Shown piece after piece: positions 1-11,650 of a DNA stretch of 64,000 bases; the stretch's first letter is position 1; every line of letters begins with the position of its first letter. The position numbers and the translations under genes are program-made. Origin of the DNA: Lama glama (Eukaryota); contig CM052818.1 of assembly GCA_028534125.1 (NCBI GenBank), positions 10,046,001 through 10,110,000 on the forward strand, given 5' to 3'. The notes below the pieces were generated by a model. It saw only the letters and a program-made list of their open reading frames with translations, made no database searches and was not told where the DNA came from.

Positions 1-1054
1 TATTGTTACCTGAAGGGGATTTTATTTTATTTATTTATTTTTCAAAGGCCTCCCAGTTGTACTTTTTCCTTCCCTCTCCTCACCTTCCCTCCAACCATTC
101 TCCTCCTCGCACCGCTCTCCCCATCCCCCTCCTCTGCAATGACATTCTTTTGGTTGCTCTAAGGCTAGTTGAACAAGACAAAAAAAAAAAAAAAAAGACA
201 GTAGTAGAAAAGAGATGCCGAGCTGCTATGAAGAACTCATGAACAAGGGGAAATGGTGTAACGTAACGCTACAGAGCTTTACTGCAAGTGAATCTTCCTG
301 CTTCTTAAACAGGATTTGAGTTTTCCCCCCCTTAAACTGGAGGAAAACAATAACAACAAACCACATTTACACAAACCCAGTCTAGCCCTCATCTCTCCTA
401 ATGCTGAGCATCGAAACCTCCTTTTCTTCCTTTGAGGAGCCCGAAGCTTCGTCGAGCTAGGCAAGCCAGTCATTTTCTAATGGGTCTGAAACTTTACTAA
501 GACAGCACATGAATAAACAGCCGCTGGCCGGCGCGGCTGGGAGGTGGGTGCGCGCGTGTTAGCCGGGGGCCTTCTTTTAAAACAATAAAGCCCCCCGCCG
601 GGTGGGTGAATTTATGAAAACGACGTCCCTTAGACTGAGGAGGGGAAAGAGAAGACAAGAGGGGTTGTGGAGCAGCTCGGAGGAGAGTGAAGGAAGGCTC
701 CTCGCTCCGCAGACACACACTCACACACGTCCACCTGCAGCACACGGAGCCTCGCGGGCTAGGGCGACCCGCCTCCACCCTGCACCCTCCGCGCCTTCTT
801 TGGACCCTGAGTTCATTTTCCTCTCCCTCCTGCCCTTCCGGATTTGGAATCGCGGCGCGGTCTCGGCGGCTGCGGTGGCGGTGGCTGAGGCTACAGGGTG
901 GCGCAGGCAGGCAGGGAGACTGGGAGGCGGGAGACGCCGGGGGACTTTTGCAGGCACGTTTCTGAATAAACTTTCCAATCGCAGGGGGTGCTGTTGCTGT
1001 ACATTTTACGTAAAACTGAAAGTATCCCACGCCAGAGTGAAGCCCGCTTTTTGA

Positions 1055-1098
1055 CAGCAGCAGCAGCAGCAGCGTGTGTGTGTGTGCGCGTGTGCGCA
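1055..1098. repeat. (CAG)6 abutting an alternating (GT/GC)n tract
   Basis: Read directly: (CAG)6 at 1055-1072, then cgtgtgtgtgtgtgcgcgtgtgcgca. Confidence 0.95.
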
Positions 1099-2329
1099 TT
1101 AAAGAGACAGGGGTTTATTTCCAACAGGTCTCCCCTAATTCCCCGGGAACGTCTGCAGAGGGGGCAGTGAACTCCGGGGTGTGCGGCTCCGCCAGGGGTG
1201 CCTGGGGAGCGCGGTGCTGACCCGGGGCGGTCTGAGCCACCAATGTGGCCTCCCCGCTGCTCCTGGGAGCCAGTGGCTCTCCCTTTATTCCTCACTTTCT
1301 TTCCCCGGATAACAGTACAGGACTAGTTATGCTCTCCCCGTAAGAAACATTTTCTTGCCATTCCTCAGTGCTTTTGCAGTTGCTCTTGTAGTGGGAGGGG
1401 GTGTGTCCTTCCTTGGGACCCGGCTCGGGGACCTCCCGCGGCGCGAGGAGCACGTTCCCAGAGACTGGCACTCTCGGGACTGCCCGTGCTTTGTCCTATG
1501 GTCGGCGGCCGCTCCTTGAGGTGGACGCTTCGGCGCCTCCCTCGCCCTGGGTCCGGGCGCTCCACTCCGGGGGCTGGAACGTTTTCTGAGTCTGGCTCCC
1601 CGTTCTTTTTTCCTCGGCCTTTCTCTCTCTTTCCGCAACCCTAAAGAGCTTCGACTCTGCTCCCAGTTGCATTCAGACCCGATCACTTGTCAGGGCGTTT
1701 AGATCCTCGGCCTCTCGGCTCGGCCTGGGGGCGCCCTCCCGGCCCTCTGGCCGGGGCCTGCACCGTCTCCCTCGCTCTTGCCCTCTCTCTCCAGGCCGCC
1801 CAGGCTCTTGGAGGCCCCCGCGCTGCCCCTCCTGACCCGCAACCCTCCAAACTTGAGCTGGACTCTGCTTCGCCGCGCGTTCCCTCCCGCCTCCCCTCAC
1901 CCGCCGAGGAGCTGTAACTTGGAGGCTCAGCTCTCAACTTCGGGTGATTTTCCTTCGCTATCTTCTGCTCGGGCAAAGTTTCTCGAGCGCAGCCGCGGGC
2001 TCACGGCTTTTACTTCGGCCCCGGGCGTCCACACGCTGGGAGCGAGCGCGGCGGCAACAGCGGCGGAGAGGGGAAGTGGGTGTGCGCACGCAGGAGGGTG
2101 TCCGGGAGCAACTCTACCTGGCTTCCCTCCGCCCGCGCTTCCCCGGCCCCTGCAGCCTCCCCGTACACTCTGGGTTTTTTTTTTTAATTTTAAATAATCT
2201 TTCATTTTAGGGTCCGCGTGCGGGGGGGGAGCAGGGCGCATGTCTTGTTCCCCCCCCGTCTCCCCTTTCTTCTCTCCCGGCCACGCCGCCGCCTCGCCGC
2301 TCGCTGCGGCCACTGGTGAGCCCGCGGCC

Positions 2330-2600
2330 CCAGCGCCCCCTCCCCTTTGCCTGCCCCTCCCCCGGGGGCCGCGTCTGGCGTCTGCGGAGCCCCCCGCCCC
2401 GCACCTCCCCCGCCCCGCACTGGCCATTGGCTTGTCCTGGTCTCTTTTTCATGTCCAGCCCCTGATGTGTGTCCATTGGTGTGAGCTTCCCCTTCCCTCC
2501 TCCCCTTCTCTCCTGCTCGCCCTGCCCATGTTTTGTGTGTCTCTGTCCATCCAGACTCCTGACGTTCAAGTTCGCAGGGACGTCACGTCCGCACTTGAAC
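2330..2600 (+). promoter_or_regulatory. TATA-less core/proximal promoter: GC boxes (CCCCGCCCC 2392-2400 and about 2408-2416), inverted CCAAT boxes (ATTGG 2426-2430, 2475-2479), CRE-like TGACGT 2560-2565 and GACGTCA 2579-2585
   Basis: Motifs read directly from the sequence around the inferred TSS. Function is inferred. Confidence 0.7.
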
Positions 2601-2634
2601 TTGCAGCTCAGGGGGGCTTTTGCCATTTTTTTCA

Positions 2635-2691
2635 TCTCTCTCTCTCTCTCTATCTCTCCTCTCTCTCTCTCTCTCTCTTTTTTTTTTTTTT
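2635..2691. repeat. Imperfect (CT)n plus poly-T in the 5'UTR
   Basis: Read directly. Confidence 0.9.
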
Positions 2692-2861
2692 GCTTAAAAA
2701 AAAAGCCATGACGGCTCTCCCACAATTCATCTTCCCTGCGCCATCTTTGTATTATTTCTAATTTATTTTGGATGTCAAAAGGCACTGATGAAGATATTTT
2801 CTCTGGAGTCTCCTTCTTTCTAACCCGGCTCTCCCGATGTGAACCGAGCCGTCGTCCGCCC

Positions 2862-2885
2862 GCCGCCGCCGCCGCCGCCGCCGCC
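2862..2885. repeat. (GCC)8 trinucleotide repeat ending 16 nt upstream of the start codon
   Basis: Read directly. Confidence 0.95.
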
Positions 2886-2901
2886 CGCCCCGCAGCCCAC
2901 C

Positions 2902-2956
2902 ATGTCTCGCCGCAAGCAAGGCAAACCCCAGCACTTAAGCAAACGGGAATTCTCGC
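2902..2956 (+). CDS. BCL11A: BCL11A coding exon 1 (55 nt): MSRRKQGKPQHLSKREFS + 1 nt; N-terminal NuRD/RBBP4-binding motif
   Basis: CCCACCATG Kozak context at 2902. Translation gives the FOG/SALL/BCL11-type MSRRKQxxP motif. Canonical donor GTAAGT at 2957-2962, phase 1. Confidence 0.98.
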
Positions 2957-5900
2957 GTAAGTAACCCAATAATAGTAATAATAATTATTAATAATCACGA
3001 GAGCGCGCAGGACGAGAAGCAAGAGAGAGGGGGAGAGAGGGGTGTGTGCATGCATTTAAATTTTTTTTTCACGAGAAAAACCTCCGAGAGTCAGGATAAA
3101 AGAGATTAAAGGGAGAGAGGGGGGAAAAAAAACCCAACCTCATCCCATCCCGAAACATAACCGTGTGTACACTTTTGGGATAGCATGAACCTTTTAATTT
3201 TATTTAATTTTACAAAAATTTGACTCCTCCTCTTTCCTGCTTTCCGCTGCTTTATTTCGCTTTTCGAAAAGGAATGCAATGATTTCCCCTCCGATTTTGC
3301 AAAATAATGAACAATGATGTGGATGCTGACAACTCTTGTGCAAACCTAAGGGAGGGAACTGAAGGGGCAAGGGGGGTTGCTTCCACTCACGGTAGGAAGG
3401 AAAACGGGGGGTGGGGAGCCCAAGCCTAAAAAAACAATTCCCAGGAAGAAACGAGGTGAGACTGGCCCTCGGACACCAGCGCGCTCTCGATCAAGTGTGC
3501 ACCGAAAGGAAAGTAGTCATCTCCACAATAGTGAGAAAGTGGGATTGTGGTAGGGGGCCCCCGGCGCTCTGGAGTCTGCGGAGTCTGGAGAGGGGCCGCG
3601 GCGACAGGGAGAGCTTAAGCGACCGGGAAGGACAGGAGAAGCGGCCGGCGCTGCCTCCTTTTGTTCCGGCCCGAGGTGGGTGTTTGTCCCGCTCCCTTTT
3701 GTGCCGGCTCCTCGCGCTTGCCCTCCCTCGCCGCCGCCACCGAAGGGCAGGAGCAGGGCTGGGGGCGAGCAAGAGAGGGAGGAAAGGTGCCCGAGCCGCC
3801 GCCGCCGCCGGGGTTGCAGCTGTCTGCCCCTCCCGGCTGAACCTCAGTGACGGCGAGCAGACGTGCAAAATAAAATAAAATAAAATAGGGCAAGAGAAAG
3901 TGAAATTTCTTGCCCCTAAACAGACGCCAAACGTTCCGCCGTCCGTTTTCTGCAACGCTGTCTTTGACTCCCCCACCCCCCCTGCAAAAATCTCACGATC
4001 TTTAGTACAGGGGAGAAATACAATTACCCCCCTTCCCCAAAACCCCTCTAGTTGTAAACTTAGAGCGCCGGCGGCACGGAGAGGGAGCGAGGAACTCCCT
4101 CCTCTTACTATTTTTTGGAAGATTTTCAAAAAAAGTGGAAGTGGATTTTGATTGGGAAAAATCTCGTGTCTGAATGTTTACAAGCACCGCGTGTGCGGGA
4201 GCCTCCTGCCAACAAACAGACAGAGGACCGAGCGCCGCGCGGCAGCCCGGGAGCGGGCGGCGGCTACGGCCGGGCCTCGCCCGGGCCTCGCCGGGCCTCG
4301 CCGCGCCCCCGCCCCGCCCGGTATCGCCCACCCGGCGCCCGCCGCCCGCCTGCCTGCACAGCTGCATGCCGTGCCGCGACTCCGCGCCAGCCGGGTCCAG
4401 AGTCCACTCTGGCCCCCCAGCACAATGCCCAGACCTCCTCCCGGCCAACCCTACTGCGAAATCGGCTGGGGAGAAACTCGGCTTTGCAAAGCATTTTTAT
4501 ATTGCAAAGCACCCGAGAAAGCGTGTTCTGCCCACCCCTCCCCTCGATGTCTCTTGCCTCCGGCTCGGGGCGTCGGAGAGGTCACCACGTGCTTTCCTTG
4601 ACCCCCTCCCACCGGGACTGGCCACTAGCCCCCCGCTCCGAAGCGCGGCCGAGTCAGATGGGGGTCGGGAGCGGGTAGGGGAGTAGTATGTTCGAGTATG
4701 CGTTTGGGGAGTATTGGGTCCCAGGACCCCCATGCACCCCACCCTTGAGTTCTTGCCCTCAACCTCGGTCCTGTCTCAGTCAGGGGGTCATTGTGAGTCT
4801 ATATAAGGGAGGATGGGGTGGGTGATTGGATGGCTGTCTCCGGGCCATCAGAATGCGCCTGGAAAGGCGGGCGGTGGGCACTTAGGAAAGTTTGGCTGCG
4901 AGGGAAAGAAAGGCGTGAGAGGGCCCACCGCCCTCCCTTTCCTCATTCTAGACCCCTATTTTAATTTCTGCTGCAATTTTAAAGGACCACCCTATACCCA
5001 GTTCTGTATTTTTTAAAGGGGTGTATGTGCGTGGGGTGGGGTGGGGTGGGCATAGGGAATTGAATTTTTCACTGGGCCCTGGAACTTGTCACACACTTCG
5101 AAAGCTCCCCCGCCCGGGCACGTTGCGGGGCCCTCCCTCTCCCCACCCCCGCGCATCCCTCCCTCGCAGCTCTCCCCCGCCCCCCACTCCCCCTGCCGCG
5201 CCGGATGCGGAGCAGACGCGGCGCGCGGCGGTGTGAAGTTACAGCCCGGCCAGGTACCGGCGGGAAGGAAGGGCAGTGTTCGCAGCACTCGGGAAAGCCG
5301 GGCCCTTCTTCGGAAGGAAGAACTGGGGGCTCAGAGGACGGACTGAAGCATGGAGTCCGGGCTGCTCCCCCGTCCCCCATCCACCCCGGGTCCATCCTGG
5401 GACACTCTAGGCTGGGTGGGTTAGCCCCCCTCTCCCAGTGTCTCAGGGCGGGCTTTGGGTTCAGAGGCCAGCTTGGAGGGGGTGCGGGGGTCGCTCCTTT
5501 CTAATTTTCTGGGTTCGCAGAGGGGGCGGGAGCCATTCTGGTGTTCAGGACCCCTTTCTTCCCCCCCATCCTCCTCCTCTTGGGCTGAATGAGCCATTCG
5601 GTCGCTAGGAGGCAGAACAAGATCAAGAAAGCTCAGCGAACTTGAACCTGTACCAGAGCCTCCCCCACCCCCGCTCTGCGTTCTCGGCCGTGAGGGAAGA
5701 GCTTCGCGAGGGTGGGGGTGGGGGAAACGGACGGTTAGGCAGAATTCCCTTTCTACCCCCATCACCCCTTACGTCTTTGTTCTTCATTTTGACTTTAAAA
5801 ATGCTTTTGGCCAGCGCTGCGGAGAAGCGCCCGGGCGCGCGGCCGACACCCCCGTGCGGCGGGAGTGGAGCTGGGTGCAGTTTTCGTTCTCTTTCTGGCG

Positions 5901-8900
5901 GGCATTTTTGGTAGGGAGGAAAGGGGAGTGCGCGCTCTCTGGCTTCAGGGCAAGGCCAAAGGGCGGGATCCGGCAAGTTTGCACTTAAGTCTCCAGGTTC
6001 TCTTCTTGCACCCTCTCGCCTCCAAGCAAAGCACGGATAGAGGCGGCCACAGCGGGCTTGCAGGCGGCTCTGCAGCCCGACCCCAGGCTCCCCCGCCTCC
6101 TACAGCTCTAGCCTTAGAGCCCGAAATCACAACAATAGTAATAGTTATCATCACAATGATGCGGGCAAGCAGCGTCATTAATAATGAATAACCGCAGCCG
6201 CCGCTGCGCTGCGCACACCGGTACCCGGAATTGCGGGAGAAACGCATTTGCAGAGATCCCCCAAAGTAAAAAGTGTGAGCCTGTGGACACAGAATCAATT
6301 TCAAGACCCGCGCTTGGGGTGTATGCGGTGATACCAAGACAGCACTAGGTTAACCAGCCGAGTTTTCCAAGCCTCACTTCCCATTTCTTCAACTGGCGGG
6401 CCAGAGGAACCGTCGTCACCCGATGGCCGGGCAGGACCGGCGTGGAGGCGGCCGTCGGGGCCCCAGGCTGCCCGCCGCCCACCGCCCCCGGTCCCCGGTT
6501 TCCGGCCCCACGGCCCTGCGGCCGCCGCTGCACGTGTTTGCAGCGAGCGTGGCCCAAGCTTACGGCCAGCACGCTGCTCGCTTTGTGCTTCAGAGTCCCG
6601 GCGCCCAACTTCAGTTTCTGCAAAGCCCACCTCCGCCAGGCCCCCTGCCCTGGGCCTGTCGCCCCTGCCTTCTCTTTTGTTTCTTTGCTTTTTCTTTCTG
6701 CATTTCAGCCTCCGTTTGCTTCCTTACCCTGTTAAGACAATCAAAGGGAAGGACTTGGAAAGCAAACTTGAAGGCAGCGCTCTTTTCCCCTCCCCCTCCC
6801 CAGCAGCCCTCGTTTCCCTTGCTGCTTCTCCACATTTCTTCTAAGGCTTTTTTTTTTTTTTAATTTATTCCTTTGCAACTGCAGAGGAAGGAGATCTCAG
6901 TCAGCCGCTGGGGCATTGAGACGTTTCAGTCTTGCTGTTTGAACGCAGAAGCATTTTATTTTCTATTTCTTTTTCCCCTTGTAGAGAATTCGCGGCTAAT
7001 TATTATGATTATTTGCCCACTCCCTTCCACTTCAATCCTGGACTCCCCGCTTTGTAGCCAGAGCTTAGGCCGCAGCTTAGAAACGATGGTATTGTGGGGG
7101 CGAAGGAGGATGGAATTGAACTGAGGGAGGGGGTAAAATGGCTGAGGTTAGGAATGTTTTTAGGGAAAAGGAAATTTGCATTAAAATACAGAGAAATTAT
7201 CAGATGCCCAGAAAGGAAATGTTGATTGCCACTGAGAAAAGATGTCAATGCAAATCAGTAGATTACACCAAGAGAATTGTATTTTCATATTTTCTTTGTG
7301 CCCCACTTCGTCTGATTTTTAATATTAATACCAGCAATGATAAGAACACATTTTGATATTTCTCTGAACATCACTAGCCAAATGTTTAGCAGGGAGCCCG
7401 ATGTTAAATGTATTTCATACGTTAGGATATAATTCTTGTTAATTAGCAATAATTTACGTTAAGAGCATAGAAAATGTTGAGGTTATAGGTTTTATATCTG
7501 TACATTTGATCATCTTGTTATTTTCAAGAACTTTGCCTCCTATAAAATTAATTAGGTGAAATGTGGAGGTGTAATCAGCAACCTCTGAATTACCACTTCA
7601 TTTCCTGGTTTTGATTGTAAATCAGTTCAGTCACTACATTTAGAAGACTTTAACCAAGTTTGTTTTATACTGCATTACCTTTAACTATTTGATACCTAGG
7701 AGAATATTTTCTTTTGCTCCTAAATAATATTTCCATTTGCAGAAATGTTTCAGGCCTCGGGAATAAAAAACAAATCTTCACGGTGGATTTTAAAAAATGG
7801 CTTTTTTGCAAAGGTTCTGTGTACTTCTGACTTTAATAAAATATTTTCCCTGAGTCTATCTTCAGTTTGTAAACCTCAGGACTTGTAGTTAATGCTGAAC
7901 AACAACAAAAAAGGCCACATTCGTTAATGTGTACTTAAATTCCTTAATTCAAATAGGAGGGATCTTAGAGAATGACTTCCCTATTCAGTTCCTCACTTGG
8001 TCAAAATGAAAGCAAATGTAGGAGAAAAATGACATAGAAGCATAATGCAAAAGCACTTCTGTTTGTCTTCTTTTATTTGAGAAGTATGCATATGTATTCT
8101 GTATTTATCTTTGGTCAGTATGTTGGGCAAAGTAATATAAGTGCTTACGTTGCTGTCTTTATTAGTAGGGATATAACCTTCATATTCCTGTGGTGACCTT
8201 ATGTTAAATTAGGAGGAGTACCAGAGGCTAGAAATTATGACATGTCCTACTTGAGCACAGGTGCAGCTAGGCAGGGCTCTCTCAATATTATTTCACCCAG
8301 CACATCTGGGAGTTACTCCAGATCTTCCCCCTCAATATTCAGCCTGGGTAGGGTTGAAATAAATTTAACCTGAGTTCACTGGATTTTTGCACTTTATCAA
8401 AATCTGTTCCAATATTCTACACTCAAATTAAAATCTATTTTTTGATTCTCTGTGGCTTTAAGTTCATTAAATGTGAAATTGGCAGCTTGCTAAAGAAGGT
8501 CAGACTGATTAACTGTTTAAGACTTGTACATTTTCTGCTTCAGTTTTATTAACTGGCAGCATCCTGGATGTGTTTTGTATTTTATGATATTTTGTGTATG
8601 TGTGTGATAGAGTAAGCATAAGGTTTCAGGAGCAGAGACTTACCAACTCTCTTTTCCCCTTTGAAAGGCTAAAAAATGAGAGAAACTGTTCAAATAGATG
8701 CTGGAGTATTTGGGTGCAAATTTAAAAAAAGGAAACAGGAATGAAAGACATATCTACCTTGTTATAGCATCCGCTGGTGATTTTGTGTGCAGAAATAGTC
8801 TCATAATGAAGCGTTTTGGAGCTCATTCAGAAAATTAGTCAACTTTGACAACATTAGGCAAAGTATTTCAAGTCTAAAGAAAGGACTTCTCAGCCTTGCT

Positions 8901-9503
8901 CTGAAATGTGGCGTTTGCTTGACCATTCTGATTTTTATGTGTTGGGGGCCACCAAGTGCAAACATGTTTAGAATATTTTAGGCATTCCTTTCTTCAGAAT
9001 GAAAAAATGACTAATTGGCTTATTTTCTTAAGTACTCAAAAGTATCCCATTTAGCTAATGTGTCTGAGAAGAATTGCCAGTGAATTTGGTATTTCTTTGA
9101 TTTTGTGGCACTGCTGAGAGTGAGATCAGAAAGGCTTTTGGCAGTGTGAATTATGCTGCGTTATGATTATTATTTAGATCTGTTTCACAGGTGAATGCCG
9201 TCGTTTTCTTATTATGGCAGTGTAAACGTGGCACATTTCTGTGTGATGTAGTAGCTTTCTAATTTATGAAGCCATGTCTCTGTATATTTAGGAGCATATA
9301 CATTCACACACAAAGGGTATGTGTGTGTTTATTTACCTCTCCTTTTATTCTTGGGCACAATAGATAACTTAGTCTATAGGAAAAAAGAAACAAATTTGGT
9401 TTCAGTCCATGTTTTTACCAGTTTTTTTGGGGGGGTAGTTATTATTTAAGCTTTCTTTCATGTTTCTCATTAACTATTTATTTAACAGTTACATTCTTTC
9501 TAA

Positions 9504-10121
<618 letters not shown>

Positions 10122-11529
10122 TGAGAAGCAAGGAGAAAAGCTGTTTGCATGTTTTCTTTTCATTTTCAGAGGCGCTGTAGCCAAGCACTAAGGAGTGGTG
10201 AAATGCTTTCTCCATGTGACTGTCCATGACAGCCCTGTAATGTTGAAATAATCATTCCTATTGCTTATGTCCAGAACACACAAAAATAAATATTTTCCAC
10301 TTCACTTGAGTCAGATGTAGGCAGAATAGGTTACACACACCTGATGCCCTCTCTCTGGATCTGCTGATTCTAAATATCTTTCCTTTTCTCTCCCTTTCTC
10401 ATTTTTAAGTGTTAAAGCTTACTACACCCAGCCCAGTTTCCAATGTCCACTTCCTGCCTTGGTGACGAATCAGAGGCAAAGTGACCATATGGGCATTTGT
10501 AGTTCAGCCAGTGACCTGTTTGAGTCAGAATGCCTGGTCAGGCCTCTCTGGATGCAGTTCGTTTTCGAGGCTTCCGTGAAGTTGGGTGGGCTGGCAGGGC
10601 ATTTTGGAGGGGCTGGAAAGAGTTAACTGTGCTACGGGGCTAGCCTTGGATCCATATTGGCTGTCAGCCCGTATGGGGCTGTAATTAAACACAGCCCTGT
10701 GGTGGGATGACACCATGACCTTGACTTTAAGATGCCATTTTCGACTGGCCAGGCCAGAGTAGAGAGGGCAGTTGCTGAAGCGCACAGACATGCTTACTCG
10801 AAAAGTTTAAGGGCATGTTGGAAATTTCAAAAGGTTGGTTTGACAGGAACGGCTGCTCCCTGCAGCCTGCCTCCTCAGCTAAATGATAAATGCTTCTCTG
10901 TGCTCTCTCTTGTCTCTGATGTGGTTTTGACAGATGTATCTTGATTTTGTTTGTGGTTTACACAACCGCATGTCACCCTTACAAATGTCCAGTGCAGACT
11001 TCCACTGTTTCTGCTATAACACAATGTTAAAATTCTCTTGGAAAAATACATACGTGTATTCAACAGTTCTCCTTCCTTTGGTTAAATTTAGCAGAGAGGT
11101 AGCTAGGGGTGTGGGTTTCTCAGCAGCTCAAGGGAAAAGGAATTAATGGCTAACAGAGGGACTTAAATCCCTACTCTAAGAGATAAACAGCACCACTATA
11201 TAGTGACCCTTAACACATGTTTTAAAAAATGAAACAACAGTGATTTAACACATAAGATGAATTGAATGCCGATTCTGTGTTGACAAAACAGGCATGCCTG
11301 TTAGTGAATGACTTCCCTCTGTTTCCCCGCCCCTGCCCCCCCGAAGGCAGAAGGTTTGTTCAGTTTTAGGAAGGGAAGTGCATATAATGGATTGATTCAC
11401 TGGAACTTGTCCCTCCAACCTACTTTGACCAGAGTTGAACTGCAGTGGGTCAGTGGTCCAGAGGGGATTAAATGTCGTATTATTTCTCCTCTCCCCCTCT
11501 GGAATTTGATCACTAAAATCAAATGTGGC

Positions 11530-11530
<1 letters not shown>

Positions 11531-11576
<46 letters not shown>

Positions 11577-11650
11577 TCCTTCTTTCCTTCTTTCCTTCTT
11601 TCTTGCTCTCGCTTTCGCTCTCTTTCTTTCTTGCTCTTTCTTTCTTTTTT
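11531..11650. repeat. (TTTC)12 microsatellite (11531-11578) with degenerate pyrimidine extension
   Basis: Read directly. Confidence 0.95.

Larger units (their letters stand above)
2539..2901 (+). other. BCL11A: BCL11A 5'UTR (non-coding part of exon 1) with CT/T tract, four upstream AUGs and a (GCC)8 repeat
   Basis: Directly upstream of the main ATG. uAUGs at 2708, 2772, 2788 and 2837. The 5' limit is inferred. Confidence 0.8.
520..6670. promoter_or_regulatory. CpG island cluster spanning the upstream region, promoter, exon 1 and 5' intron 1
   Basis: Very high GC and CpG density (many CGCG/CCGG/GCGC) with AT-rich interruptions. Abrupt switch to AT-rich sequence after about 6.7-7.1 kb. Confidence 0.9.

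Noticed and set aside
497..6863. Many 100-280 aa ORFs on both strands (e.g. 497..1099, 2207..3055, 3491..4129, 4115..4678)
   Set aside because: Low-complexity Arg/Pro/Gly/Ala-rich translations expected from stop-poor CpG-island DNA; no recognisable domains.
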